Source of the DNA: Candidatus Eiseniibacteriota bacterium
Lineage (GTDB): Bacteria > Eisenbacteria > RBG-16-71-46
Length of the DNA stretch: 64,000 nt
Assembly: GCA_963725865.1 (NCBI GenBank)
Contig: CAVSAC010000014.1
Location: 1,344,001-1,408,000, forward strand
Direction: 5' to 3'
Under the pieces are notes generated by a model that was not told the DNA's origin, did not search any database, and worked only from the letters and a program-made list of their open reading frames with translations. The translations under genes were made by a program, and so were the position numbers. Shown here in pieces: positions 1-9,931 of the stretch. Position 1 is the stretch's first letter. Each line of letters begins with the position of its first letter.

Positions 1-2
1 AC

Positions 3-212
3 GGCGACTGGCGCGGCTCGCTCGCGCTGCACCCGGGCGCGCTGGCGCTGGCGGCACAACTGCTCGTGGGCTGGCTCGCCGCTGGCGCGTGGCTCGCGGG
101 CGCGCTGCGCTCGCGGCCCGACCGCTGGATTCCGCACGTGGTGGCGCTGGACGTGGCGGCGCTCGTGCTGCTGTGGGCGCTGCGCGCCACGACCGGCGCG
201 CTGCCCGGCTGA
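3..212 (+). CDS. Partial (5'-truncated) small membrane protein, DUF2752-like C-terminus
   Basis: Hand translation GDWRGSLALHPGALALAAQLLVGW...LLWALRATTGALPG* ends at TGA 210-212. It is hydrophobic, and the GDWxxxxxxHP pattern resembles DUF2752. Confidence 0.5.
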   Translation, partial: GDWRGSLALHPGALALAAQLLVGWLAAGAWLAGALRSRPDRWIPHVVALDVAALVLLWALRATTGALPG

Positions 213-260
213 ACGTCCGCCGCCAGGGCGCGGCGCTCCCGCGCGCCGGCGACGCCGACC

Positions 261-290
261 TTGACCCGCGTTCGCGCCGCGCGCTAGCGT
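261..290 (+). promoter_or_regulatory. Sigma70-like promoter of the TRAP operon
   Basis: TTGACC (261-266), 18-nt spacer, TAGCGT (285-290), upstream of RBS GGAGGA (345-350). Confidence 0.55.
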
Positions 291-355
291 GCTGGTCTCG
301 CCGCCCGCCGGGGGTGCGCTCCTCGTGCCCGGCCGCGCGGCGACGGAGGACTCCC

Positions 356-1357
356 TTGCCGTCACACCTCCCCACGCTCACGTCCGTCGGCTGGTTGCGG
401 CGGGCGACGGCGCTCGGGCTGATCGCGACGCTGGCGCTCCCGCTCTCGGGGTGCTCGATCAAGCGCTACGCGATCCGGAGCCTGGCGAGCTCGCTCACGA
501 GTGGTCCCGACGTCTACGGCACCGACAACGATCCCGAGCTGGTGCGTGACGCGCTGCCGTTCGGGCTCAAGACCATGGAGTCGCTGCTGGCCGCGGTGCC
601 GAACCACGAAGGACTGCTGCTGATGCTCTGCCGGGGCTTCACGACCTACTCCTACGCGTTCGTGCAGTCCGAGGGCGACCTGGTGGTGAACAGCGACTAC
701 GCGCGCGCCCAGGCGCTCCACGCCCGCGCGCTCCAGCTCGACCTGCGCGCGCGCGGCTACGGCCTGCGCGGCCTCGAGCTGCGCTACCGCGGCATCACCG
801 AGGAGCTCCAGCAGGACCCGGCGAAGGCCGCGGCGCGCATCCAGGCGCGCGACGTCCCGATGCTGTACTGGACCGCCGCGTCGTGGGGCTCGGCGATCGC
901 GCTCGGCAAGGACCGGCCCGAGCTGCTCGCCGACCTGCCGGCGATCCGCGCCTTGATCGAGCGCGGGCTCCAGCTCGACGAGACGTACGAGGGCGGCGCG
1001 TTCCACGAGGCCGCGATCCTGCTCGACGCCCTGCCCGAGGCGATGGGCGGCTCGATCGCGCGCGCCCGCGGACACTTCGAGCGCGCCGTCGCGCTCTCGC
1101 ACGACCAGCGGCCGGGTCCTTACGTGACGCTCGCGACGACCGTCGCGGTGCTGAAGCAGGATCGCGGCGAGTTCCGCACGCTGCTCGAGAAGGCGCTCAC
1201 GTTCGATCCCGAGCGCGACCCCTCGCAGCGCCTCTCGACCATCGTGCTCGAGCGCAAGGCGCGCGCGCTGCTGGATCGGCAGGACGAGTTCTTCATCGAA
1301 GACGCCGAACCGGATGCCTCCGCTCCCGACACCTCGCAGACCCAGGAGAACCGATGA
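356..1357 (+). CDS. TRAP transporter TatT-family (T-component) lipoprotein
   Basis: TTG start after GGAGGA. Lipobox LSGC, motif DNDPELVRDALPFGLKTMESL, helical TPR-like body. ATGA overlap with the downstream DctP-type gene. Confidence 0.85.
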   Translation: MPSHLPTLTSVGWLRRATALGLIATLALPLSGCSIKRYAIRSLASSLTSGPDVYGTDNDPELVRDALPFGLKTMESLLAAVPNHEGLLLMLCRGFTTYSYAFVQSEGDLVVNSDYARAQALHARALQLDLRARGYGLRGLELRYRGITEELQQDPAKAAARIQARDVPMLYWTAASWGSAIALGKDRPELLADLPAIRALIERGLQLDETYEGGAFHEAAILLDALPEAMGGSIARARGHFERAVALSHDQRPGPYVTLATTVAVLKQDRGEFRTLLEKALTFDPERDPSQRLSTIVLERKARALLDRQDEFFIEDAEPDASAPDTSQTQENR

Positions 1358-2394
1358 GCCTCGCCCGGATGCTCCGCCGCTCGCTCGCGGCGTTCCTCGT
1401 GCTCGTGCCGCTCGCCCTCGCCCTGCCGGCCGCGCCGGCCGACGCGCAGACGCAGGTCGTCAAGCTCGCCTCGCTCGTCCCCGAGGGCTCGGTGTGGGAC
1501 AAGTCGATGCGCGAGATGGGCGCCGAGTGGGGCACGGCCACCCAGAACCGCGTCACGCTGCGCGTCTATCCGGGCGGCGTCGCGGGCGACGAGCCCGACC
1601 TGGTGCGCAAGATGCGCATCGGGCAGCTGCAGGCGGCCGCGGTGACCACCGCCGGGCTCGCGAACATCGATCCGGCGTTCAACGTCTTCAACATCCCGAT
1701 GTTCTTCGTGTCGTACCCGGAGCTCTACGCGACCCTCGACAAGCTCGAGCCGGTGCTGCGGCAGCGGCTCGAGGCCAAGGGCTTCGTGCTGCTCGCCTGG
1801 GGCCACGGCGGCTGGGTGTACTTCTTCACCAAGAACCCCGTCGCGACCGTCGACGGCCTGCGCAAGACCAAGATGTTCGTGTGGGCGGGCGACGACCAGA
1901 TGGTGGCACTGTGGAAGACCATGGGCTTCCAGCCGGTGCCGCTCGCGGCCACCGACATCATGTCGAGCCTCCAGACCGGCATGATCGACTCGTACCCGAC
2001 CACGCCGCTGCTCGGCCTCACGCTGCAGTGGTACCGCTCGACCCCGAACATGGTGGGGATGGGCATGGCGCCGCTGGTCGGCGGGCTGGTGATGACCAAG
2101 CAGGCGTGGGCGAAGATCGCGCCCGCGGACCAGAAGCGGATCCTCGCCGCGTGCTCGAAGCTGGAGAAGAAGCTCGAGGTCGAGGTGCCGCGCCAGGACA
2201 CCACGGCGGTGCTCGAGATGCAGAAGCGCGGCCTCAAGGTGAACCCGGTGGTGGGCACGAACGCCGCGCAGTTCCGCGCGACCGCCGAGCAGTTCGCGGG
2301 CGGCATGAAGGGCATCCGCGTGCCGCCCGACGTGCTCGAGCTGGCGCGCCGCGAGCGCGACGCGTTCCGGGCGCGGACCGGGGGCGCGCATTGA
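1354..2394 (+). CDS. dctP: TRAP transporter substrate-binding protein (DctP/TatP family)
   Basis: Signal peptide, then KLASLVPEGSVW, YPGGVAGDE, KMRIGQLQAA and LQTGMID motifs. Confidence 0.9.
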   Translation: MSLARMLRRSLAAFLVLVPLALALPAAPADAQTQVVKLASLVPEGSVWDKSMREMGAEWGTATQNRVTLRVYPGGVAGDEPDLVRKMRIGQLQAAAVTTAGLANIDPAFNVFNIPMFFVSYPELYATLDKLEPVLRQRLEAKGFVLLAWGHGGWVYFFTKNPVATVDGLRKTKMFVWAGDDQMVALWKTMGFQPVPLAATDIMSSLQTGMIDSYPTTPLLGLTLQWYRSTPNMVGMGMAPLVGGLVMTKQAWAKIAPADQKRILAACSKLEKKLEVEVPRQDTTAVLEMQKRGLKVNPVVGTNAAQFRATAEQFAGGMKGIRVPPDVLELARRERDAFRARTGGAH

Positions 2395-2493
2395 CCGCCC
2401 GCGCCGCGCGGCTCGGCGGAGCGCGCGCGACCTCGGCACGCCGCGCCCCGGCGTTCCGGCGGACCGCGGGTCCGCGCTGAGCCGGGCCGCTCC

Positions 2494-4332
2494 ATGACCG
2501 ACGCCGGGACGCAGGTGCGGCGGCCGCCCGGCCGCATCGTGACGGCGCTCCACAGCGTCGAAGGCACCGTGCTGGTGGTGGCGTTCCTGCTGTCGATGGC
2601 GCTGCCGCTCATCGACGTGGTGGGCCGCCCGCTCGGCGGCTTCTTCGTGCCCGGCTCCGCGACCTACCGCGCGCAGCTCACGCTGTGGCTCGCGTTCCTC
2701 GGCGGGCTGCTCGCGGCCCGCGAGGGCCGGCACCTGACGCTCTCGACCGCCGAGGCGATCGGGCACGCGAAGGTGCGCGGTGCGGCGCGGCTGTTCGCCT
2801 CGTCGGTGGCGGCCGCGGTGTGCGCGGTGCTCGCCTTCTCGGCGTGGGGCGTGGTCGCCGCCGACCGCGTGCAGGGCGAGACGCTCGCGATCGGACTCCC
2901 CGCGTGGGTGAGCGAGTGCGTGATGCCGATCGCGCTGGCGCTGATCGCGCTGCGGCTGGCGTGGGGCGCGTCCGAGCGCTGGCGCGGCCGCCTGATCGCG
3001 TTCGGCTCGATCGGCGTGGGGTTCGCGCTCGGCCTGATCCCGATGGCGGCGCACGCGCTCTACCTGCCGCTGCTCGCGGTGATCGTGATGGCGGCGCTGG
3101 TCGGCGCGCCGGTGTTCGTCGCGATGGGCGGCTTCGCGCTGGTGCTGTTCTTCAAGGACGCGGTCCCAGTGTCGGCGGTGACCGCCGAGATCTACCGGCT
3201 CATGGTGTCGCCGACGCTGCCCGCGATCCCGCTGCTCACCGCGTGCGGCTACGTGCTCGCCGAGTCGCACGCCTCGACCCGGCTGGTGCGCTTCTTCCGC
3301 GCGCTGTTCGGCTGGATGCCGGGGGGCGTGGCGGTGCTGGTGGCGGCGGTGTGCGCGCTGTTCACCACGTTCACCGGCGGCTCCGGCATCACGATCATGG
3401 CGCTCGGCGGACTGCTCTACCCGATCCTGCGCAACGACAAGTACCCCGAAGGCTTCTCGCTCGGACTGGTGACCGCCTCCGGTAGCCTCGGACTGCTGCT
3501 GCCGCCGAGCCTGCCCGTCATCCTCTACGCCGTGGTCGCCAACGTACCCGCCGACTCGCTCTATCTGGCGGGGCTGATCCCCGGCCTGCTGCTGATCGTG
3601 TTGGTGGCGGCGTACGGCATCCGGGTTGGCGGGAAGGTCGGCTCGCCGCGCCAGTCGTTCGAACTGCGCGAGGCGCTGGTGTCCCTGTGGCAGGCGAAGT
3701 GGGAGCTGTCGGTCCCGGTGATGGTGGTCGCGCTGTTCGCCACCGGGATCGCCACCATGGTCGAGGCCGCGGCGGTGGCGTTCGCGTATGCGATCGTGGT
3801 CGAGTGCTTCGTCACCCGCGACATCCACCCGATCCGCGAGCTGCCGGGCGTGCTGCTGAAGGCCGGCGTGCTGTGCGGCGCGGTGCTCATCCTGCTCGCG
3901 AGCGCGCTCGGGCTCACGAGCTGGCTGGTCGACGCGCAGATTCCCACGGCGCTGCTGACGTTCGTGAAGACCCACATCTCGTCGCCGCACCTGTTCCTGC
4001 TGGTGCTGAACGTCGTGCTGCTGGTGCTCGGCAGCGTGCTCGAGATCTACTCGGCGATCGTCATCCTGGCGCCGCTGGTGGCGCCGATCGGCGCCGCGTT
4101 CGGCATCGACCCCGTGCATCTCGGCGTGGTGTTCCTCGCGAACCTCGAGCTGGGGTTCCTGTTCCCGCCGGTCGGGCTCAACCTGTTCCTGTCCTCGTCG
4201 CGCTTCAACAAGCCGCTGCCCGAGCTCTACCGCCACGTCGTGCCGTTCCTCATCATCCTCGGCATCGGCGTGCTGATGATCACCTACATGCCGTGGATGA
4301 CGACCGGCATCCTGAGGCTGCTGGGTAAGTAG
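2494..4332 (+). CDS. dctM: TRAP transporter fused small+large permease (DctQM)
   Basis: Highly hydrophobic 612 aa. DctQ-like N-terminus; DctM motifs AIPLL, SGSLGLLLPPS, GIDPVHLG and PPVGLNLF. Confidence 0.9.
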   Translation: MTDAGTQVRRPPGRIVTALHSVEGTVLVVAFLLSMALPLIDVVGRPLGGFFVPGSATYRAQLTLWLAFLGGLLAAREGRHLTLSTAEAIGHAKVRGAARLFASSVAAAVCAVLAFSAWGVVAADRVQGETLAIGLPAWVSECVMPIALALIALRLAWGASERWRGRLIAFGSIGVGFALGLIPMAAHALYLPLLAVIVMAALVGAPVFVAMGGFALVLFFKDAVPVSAVTAEIYRLMVSPTLPAIPLLTACGYVLAESHASTRLVRFFRALFGWMPGGVAVLVAAVCALFTTFTGGSGITIMALGGLLYPILRNDKYPEGFSLGLVTASGSLGLLLPPSLPVILYAVVANVPADSLYLAGLIPGLLLIVLVAAYGIRVGGKVGSPRQSFELREALVSLWQAKWELSVPVMVVALFATGIATMVEAAAVAFAYAIVVECFVTRDIHPIRELPGVLLKAGVLCGAVLILLASALGLTSWLVDAQIPTALLTFVKTHISSPHLFLLVLNVVLLVLGSVLEIYSAIVILAPLVAPIGAAFGIDPVHLGVVFLANLELGFLFPPVGLNLFLSSSRFNKPLPELYRHVVPFLIILGIGVLMITYMPWMTTGILRLLGK

Positions 4333-4365
4333 AGGCGACGGGCGGGCGTACATGGAGGAGGCGCG

Positions 4366-4902
4366 ATGAGTCCGCAGGGCGGGCGCACGATCCTCGTCAA
4401 CCGCGCGCCGGTGCTGACGCTGTGGGCCGCGGTCGTGGCCGCGCGACTCGGCCACGAGCACGACACCGCGCTCACGCTCGGCAAGGCGCTGGCGGGACTC
4501 AACGCGCAGTCGAAGGGGCGCCGGCTCGGCATCTTCGAGGCGAAACCGGAGTCGGAGAGGTCGCGTCGCGCGCGGCCGTCCGCCGAGGCCGACACCGTCG
4601 AACTGATGGGGCGCCGGATCCCGGTCGCGCGCACGCGGCAGGGGCTGCGCGCGGCGGTCGCGGGCCGCGCCGAGGACCCGGCCGCGGTCGAGCGCTACCT
4701 CGAGCAGAAGTTCGGCGAGGATCTCGACGAAGCGCGCGCGGCGATGACCGCTCTCGCGAAGGCAATCCCCAGGGCCGAGCTGGCCGAGCGCGCGTTCGCG
4801 CTCTACGAGGCGTTCCGCCCCGGCGTGCCCGCCGGCCAGCGCGGCTGGGGCGCCAAAGGCGCGCTGGACTTGGGCAGACTCGCGTCGTTGGCGCGGGGCT
4901 GA
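4366..4902 (+). CDS. Hypothetical protein
   Basis: RBS GGAGGAGG, typical codon usage, NRAPVLTLWAAVVA...GWGAKG motifs; no function recognised. Confidence 0.7.
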   Translation: MSPQGGRTILVNRAPVLTLWAAVVAARLGHEHDTALTLGKALAGLNAQSKGRRLGIFEAKPESERSRRARPSAEADTVELMGRRIPVARTRQGLRAAVAGRAEDPAAVERYLEQKFGEDLDEARAAMTALAKAIPRAELAERAFALYEAFRPGVPAGQRGWGAKGALDLGRLASLARG

Positions 4903-5019
4903 CCGCGCTCGCCGCACGAGCGCCGCGGCGACTTGTCCTCCAGTCCGCCCCCGCTCGCATGCTAGGCTGCGCCGGTCGCGCCGCACCCTCGACCGGGGTG
5001 GTCCTCACGAGATCCTCGC

Positions 5020-6990
5020 ATGCGCCGCTCGATCCTCGTCGTGCTCCCGGTGCTCGCCCTGCTGAGCGTGGCGCCGCCGCCCTCCTCCGCCGCCCGCTCC
5101 GCCGCGCGCTCCGCGCCGGACACCACCGCGCGCACCGCGCTGCTGCTGCGCTGGGCCGGTGAGGCGCTCGATGAAGGCTCGCTGGATTCGCGCCAGCGCG
5201 CGGTGCGGCTGCTCGACGAGGTGCTGCGGCGCGATCCCGCGCTCCCGCTCGCCTGGCTCGAGCGCGGGCGCGCGAACGAGTTGGGCGGCTTCGCTCGCGA
5301 GGCGCGCGGATGTTACGCGCACGCGATCGAGCTGGCGCCGGCGGACGCCGAGGGCTTCCTGCGCCTCGGCATGGCGTGGCGCCGCGAGTGGCTGCGATGG
5401 CTCGACGCGGCGGCGCGTGACAGCGCGGTGGCGGAGTTCGAAGCCGTGATCGACCGTCGTCCGAACTCCTACGAGGCGCGCATGCGGCTGGTGCCGCTGC
5501 TCGCCGAGCGCGGCGAGCCCGGGCGCGCGATGGCGCTGGCCGAGCAGGCCGCCGACCTGCGCCCGCGGGCGGGCGAGCCGGCACTCGCGGTCGCGTATCT
5601 CGCGTACCGGCGCGGCGAGCTCGAGCGCGCCGACAGCCTGTTCCGCTGGGCGATCGACCGGCTGCCCGCCGGGCTGCGCGGGCGCTTCGAGGACGTGACG
5701 CCGCTGTTCGGCGATGCGGGCGAGGAACTCGCCGCGCTGCGGCCCGCGGAGCGCGCGGCCGAACTGGCGCGGCGCTGGCAGCGGCTCGATCCCGATCCCA
5801 CCACGCGGCAGAACGAGATGCGGCTGGAGTTCTGGTCGCGCGTCACTCACGCGTGGCTGATGTTCGACGATCCGCTGATGGGCGGGCCCGACGCGCGCGC
5901 CGAGGTGTACGTGCGCTACGGGCCGCCGCAGGGAACGGGGGTCAATCCGCCCGGCATCCCGCTCTACACGCGCCACTGGAACCCGGGCTTGATCGAGATG
6001 GTGAAGCGGGGCGGCCACTACATCGATCCGGCGGAGTATCCGCTCGATGCGGTCGCGATGCCCTATCCCGACCTCGGGATGCAGGTGGTGCTTCAGGACC
6101 GCGGGCTCCGGGGTCGCTACGACTGGCCGATGGACCGCTACGGCTCCTACGCGGAGCAGGCGCGGCCCGATCCCCGGCGGCTCGCCGGCCGCGACGACCT
6201 GATCGCGCTCGGCGACGGCTTCGCGGTGTTCCCGACGCTGCCGCCGCCCGCGCAGCGGCTCGAGGTGCGCGGCGCGCTCGCGGGCTTCGAGGACGAGCGC
6301 GGCCCGCGCCTGTTCGCGCAGGTGAACGTGCCGGCGGAGCCCGGCGATTCGCTGACCGCGGTGTGGGTGGTGCGCGACACCAGCGGACGCGAGCGGCTGC
6401 GCCAGGAGCAGCGGCTCGCCACCTCGGTGTGCGACCCGGCGGGCCATCGGATCGCCGAGCTGAACGCCGCGCTGCCCGCGGGCGCGTTCGACCTCGCGGT
6501 CTCGGTGCGCGACACGCACCACCGGCGCGGGCTCTATCGCGCGCAGGCCGAGATGGCGCCGCCGCCGGACTCGCTCGCGTTGAGCGACGTGGTGCTGACG
6601 TGCGGCGAGCCCGCGCTGCTGGTGGAGGGACGCTCGATCCGGCTCGAGGCGGATCGCGACGCGGTGATCGCGCGCGGCGCGCCGCTGGTGGCGTACTTCG
6701 AGATCTACCGGCTGGCGGCCGGCGCGGACGGATTGTCGACGTTCGAGGTCGAGTACACGGCGCGCCGGCTGCGCGAGACGCCGGAGGGCCGGCTCAAGCC
6801 CGAGGCCGCCGCCGCGCTGGCGTCGCCCTCCGCGAGCCGCGAGGAGACCCAGGTGGAGCGCATGCGGCGGCAGTTCCTGACGGTGCCGGCGCAGTCGCTG
6901 ACCCCCGGGCGCTACCGGCTCGAGATCCGCGTGCGCGACATGGTGTCGGGGCGCGTCGCGCGACGCGAAGTCGAGTTCACGAGGGAATGA
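5020..6990 (+). CDS. Secreted TPR protein with GWxTD-like domain and C-terminal Ig-like domains
   Basis: Signal peptide and N-terminal TPR-like helices. WQRLDPDPTTRQNE...FWSRV...DARAEVYVRYGPP matches the GWxTD-domain architecture. Ends PGRYRLEIRVRD. Extended -10 TGnTAGGCT at 4960-4968. Confidence 0.75.
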   Translation: MRRSILVVLPVLALLSVAPPPSSAARSAARSAPDTTARTALLLRWAGEALDEGSLDSRQRAVRLLDEVLRRDPALPLAWLERGRANELGGFAREARGCYAHAIELAPADAEGFLRLGMAWRREWLRWLDAAARDSAVAEFEAVIDRRPNSYEARMRLVPLLAERGEPGRAMALAEQAADLRPRAGEPALAVAYLAYRRGELERADSLFRWAIDRLPAGLRGRFEDVTPLFGDAGEELAALRPAERAAELARRWQRLDPDPTTRQNEMRLEFWSRVTHAWLMFDDPLMGGPDARAEVYVRYGPPQGTGVNPPGIPLYTRHWNPGLIEMVKRGGHYIDPAEYPLDAVAMPYPDLGMQVVLQDRGLRGRYDWPMDRYGSYAEQARPDPRRLAGRDDLIALGDGFAVFPTLPPPAQRLEVRGALAGFEDERGPRLFAQVNVPAEPGDSLTAVWVVRDTSGRERLRQEQRLATSVCDPAGHRIAELNAALPAGAFDLAVSVRDTHHRRGLYRAQAEMAPPPDSLALSDVVLTCGEPALLVEGRSIRLEADRDAVIARGAPLVAYFEIYRLAAGADGLSTFEVEYTARRLRETPEGRLKPEAAAALASPSASREETQVERMRRQFLTVPAQSLTPGRYRLEIRVRDMVSGRVARREVEFTRE

Positions 6991-7169
6991 CCCGCGGGGA
7001 CGGGCGCTCGTCGCGGGCCGCTCGCCCTGCCGACGAACACGCCTGCGATCGGCGGGCGCTCGGCGCTCGGCCATTGCCAGCCCACCGCGCCCGCGGGTAA
7101 CGTGCGGCCGCGGCCGCGCCCCTTCGCGTTGGCCTTCCCTCATCCCGCCGAGCGGGAGCGAGCCTGACG

Positions 7170-9029
7170 ATGCGCATCCTGTTCCACGTCGAGCCCCTCG
7201 TGATGCACGGCCGGCCGTTCCACTACGGGGCGTGGCTCGACCGCGCGGCCGCGATGGCCCGCACGCTCGCGGGGCGGGGGCACGCGTTCCGCTTCGTGCT
7301 CAACGAGGCGCTCGCCGAGCGCGCGTGCGCGCCGCTCGAGGCGGCGCGCGCCGGGGATCCGCGCCGCGGCCAGGGACTGTCGCGGGATTGGGTGGTGGCG
7401 GTGAGCCAGGACGAGGTGCGCCATCACTTCAACGTCCCGAACATGGCGATCCTCGACGGGTTCCATCAGGGACGCCTACCGGCCGAGAAGGTGGCGGCGT
7501 GCGGCCAGGCCCTGCGCGCGCGGCTCGCGGGGTTCGTGCCCGACGTGATCGTCACCTACACCCCGGCCGCGCACCTGAAGGCCGCGTTTCCCGGCGCGCT
7601 GCTGCTGCACTCGGAGAACGGCATGTTCTCGCGCGCGCCGTTCCCGTCCACGCAATCCTTCGATCCGCTCGGGCTCTACCTGCGCTCGCTGCTCGGCACC
7701 CACGCGCGGGAGCTGCTGGCGCGCCGGGCCGGCGACGACGAGCGCGCGTGGCTCGACGCGTGCCGCGCGTCGTTCCGCGCCTGGCTGCTGGCGAGCTCGC
7801 CGTTCCACGGGCTCGAGCAGGCGCTGCGCGCGCGGTACCGGCGCCTGGCGCTGCTGCCCCTGCAGTTCGGGGGCGAGCCGGGCTTCGATCTCAACGGCCC
7901 GTTCCGCGGCCAGGTCGAGCTGCTGCTCCACGTGCTCGAGCGCCTGCCGGAGGGCATCGGCCTGATCGTCACCGAGCATCCCACCGCGCGCCGGCTCGGC
8001 GAGGGGATCGACGCGGAGACCCGGGCCTGGGTGCGCGCGCGGTGGCCGCAGGTGGCGTGGGTGGAACCCGACGTGATGGCGGACGGCAGTCAGGCGCTGA
8101 TGCTGCACGTGGACGACGTGATCGGGCCGTCCTCCTCGCTCGCCCAGCAGGCGCTGTTCTGGCGCAAGCCGCTGGTCGGCCTCGGCTGGGGACTCGCGCG
8201 CGCGTACGCGTCGCTCGATGGCGTCGAGCTGCTCGATCCCGCGCGGCCGCGCGACGAGGAGGTGGACCGCGACGGCGCGGTGGCGTGGATGATGAAGCGC
8301 TACTTCGTGCCCGACTCGCTCTGCCTGCACGACGCGCCGTGGATCGAGCGCTTCCTCGAGCGTTCGCGCGAGCGCCACGCGTCGGGCCGGCTGGGGCTCT
8401 CGTTCTTCGATCCGGTCGCCGACGATGCCACGCTCGTCACGCTGCACGCGGCACCCGCGGCGCCGCCCGCGCGTCCGGCGGTGACGGCGGACCTGCTGCG
8501 CGATGGGTCGTTCGAGGACTGGCACGGTGCCCGCGGCGCCGAGCAGCCGCGCCACTGGCGGTTCATCGCCGGCCGCGGCGCGAACGCCCGCGTGCGTCCC
8601 GGCAGCGCCGCCGACGCCCCGCCCGGGATCGGCGCCGGACCGGCGCGGCCCGCGCGCATCGAGCGCGCGGCGGGCGGCGACGAAGCGTCGCTGCTGCTGC
8701 AGCGCATCGCCGACGTCGAACGACTCTCGGGCGCGTTCGTGACGGTGTCGTTCTGGGCGCGCGGCTCGACCGGCTCGGAGCTGGCGACCTACCTGCATCA
8801 GCAGCTCGACACCCCCGGTGTGGTGGGGGAGAGCACCGCCGCCCGGTCGTTCGCGCTCGAGGGCGAGTGGCGCCGCTTCGACTACACCACCACGGTGCCG
8901 GTGGCGCCCGGCTCGCCGCGCGGCCCGTCCCCTCACACCGAGATGGTGTTCGCGGTGGCGCCCGCCGACGGCGAGCAATGGGTGGAAGTGGCGGGGATCA
9001 CGCTCGGGCCGGGGCGGATCGACGCGTAG
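7170..9029 (+). CDS. Putative GT99/KpsS-like (Kdo-type) glycosyltransferase with C-terminal carbohydrate-binding-like domain
   Basis: Motifs HSENGMFSRAPFP..FDPLG, LLPLQF and IVTEHP resemble capsule/WbbB-type beta-Kdo transferases. C-terminal LLRDGSFEDW..VTVSFWAR..EWRRF resembles CBM4/9-like folds. Confidence 0.55.
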   Translation: MRILFHVEPLVMHGRPFHYGAWLDRAAAMARTLAGRGHAFRFVLNEALAERACAPLEAARAGDPRRGQGLSRDWVVAVSQDEVRHHFNVPNMAILDGFHQGRLPAEKVAACGQALRARLAGFVPDVIVTYTPAAHLKAAFPGALLLHSENGMFSRAPFPSTQSFDPLGLYLRSLLGTHARELLARRAGDDERAWLDACRASFRAWLLASSPFHGLEQALRARYRRLALLPLQFGGEPGFDLNGPFRGQVELLLHVLERLPEGIGLIVTEHPTARRLGEGIDAETRAWVRARWPQVAWVEPDVMADGSQALMLHVDDVIGPSSSLAQQALFWRKPLVGLGWGLARAYASLDGVELLDPARPRDEEVDRDGAVAWMMKRYFVPDSLCLHDAPWIERFLERSRERHASGRLGLSFFDPVADDATLVTLHAAPAAPPARPAVTADLLRDGSFEDWHGARGAEQPRHWRFIAGRGANARVRPGSAADAPPGIGAGPARPARIERAAGGDEASLLLQRIADVERLSGAFVTVSFWARGSTGSELATYLHQQLDTPGVVGESTAARSFALEGEWRRFDYTTTVPVAPGSPRGPSPHTEMVFAVAPADGEQWVEVAGITLGPGRIDA

Positions 9030-9044
9030 TCGCGCCGCGCGGCC

Positions 9045-9728
9045 TCACACCGTGCGCTGGGTCCTCAGCGCCTCGTCCGAGCCGGCGGCGCGCCGCGGCG
9101 GACCGGGGCTCCACGCGAGCGGCGCGGCGTCGGCGCCGATCCGCGCGTGCGCGATCGCGCCGTTGCCCTCCACGCGCACGAGCACGTCGGCGGACTGCTC
9201 GCTCGCCATCGCGGCCGCGGGGGTGACGCCCGCGATCCAGTGCAGCAACGCGCGGTTCACCGACTGGTGCGCGACGATCGCGGTGGGCGGGGCGGTGGCC
9301 AGCGGCAGGTCGGCGGCGAGCGCGGCCTGCACGCGCGCGAGCACTTCGGCGTAGCCCTCGCCGTCGGGCCAGCGATGGTGCCAGCGGTCGCGGTCGCGCT
9401 CCGCGAGCAAGTCGGGAAACCGCGCGCGCACCTCGTCGAGCGTCAGCCCCGCGCAGCGGCCGAACGACATCTCGGCGAGTCCCTCGCGCACCACGACGGA
9501 CACGCCGACCGCGGTGGCGATGTGCTCCGCGGTGGTGCGGGCGCGCCCGAGCGGGCTGGCGAGGATGCGGGTGACGCCGAGCGCGTGCGCCACGCGCGCC
9601 AGCGCGGCGGCCTGCGCGAGGCCGCGGGCGGTCAGTGGGGAGTCGTCACGGCCCTGCAGGCGGCCGGCGCGGTTCCACTCGGTCTCGCCGTGGCGCAGCA
9701 GCAGCAGGTACGCGGGCGCGGCCGTCAC
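9045..9728 (-). CDS. Histidine phosphatase family protein (phosphoglycerate mutase-like)
   Basis: LLRHGETEWN, SPLGRA, EMSFG and IVAH motifs; GTG start after GGAGGGG. Confidence 0.9.
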   Translation of the reverse strand: MTAAPAYLLLLRHGETEWNRAGRLQGRDDSPLTARGLAQAAALARVAHALGVTRILASPLGRARTTAEHIATAVGVSVVVREGLAEMSFGRCAGLTLDEVRARFPDLLAERDRDRWHHRWPDGEGYAEVLARVQAALAADLPLATAPPTAIVAHQSVNRALLHWIAGVTPAAAMASEQSADVLVRVEGNGAIAHARIGADAAPLAWSPGPPRRAAGSDEALRTQRTV

Positions 9729-9931
9729 GCAGTCCCCTCCACTGTCCCTCCGCCAGTGCGAACTCCTCGCCGCGGTCGACGTACCGCCCGGCGGGCTCCC
9801 ACGCGAGCAGTGTGGGCTCGCGGGAGTCCGGGATGCTCCCGCCGCCGCGAAAGTAGTCGGGCCGGCCAGCGCGCTACAAGTCGAGCGCCTCGCGACGGCC
9901 GCCGCGTCCGGGGCGTTGTTGTCCGGGGCGT

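Noticed and set aside
1120..4986. Very long antisense or alternative-frame ORFs (e.g. 1120-4986, 27859-31566, 32887-36708, 45905-48736)
   Set aside because: Arg/Ala/Pro-rich shadow ORFs expected at this GC content; they overlap well-supported genes and lack domain motifs.
9730..9880. Protein-like minus-strand frame (PDYFRGG..WEPAGRYVDRGEEF) upstream of the phosphatase
   Set aside because: Preceded by a TAG, has no start or RBS, and runs out of frame into the phosphatase gene.
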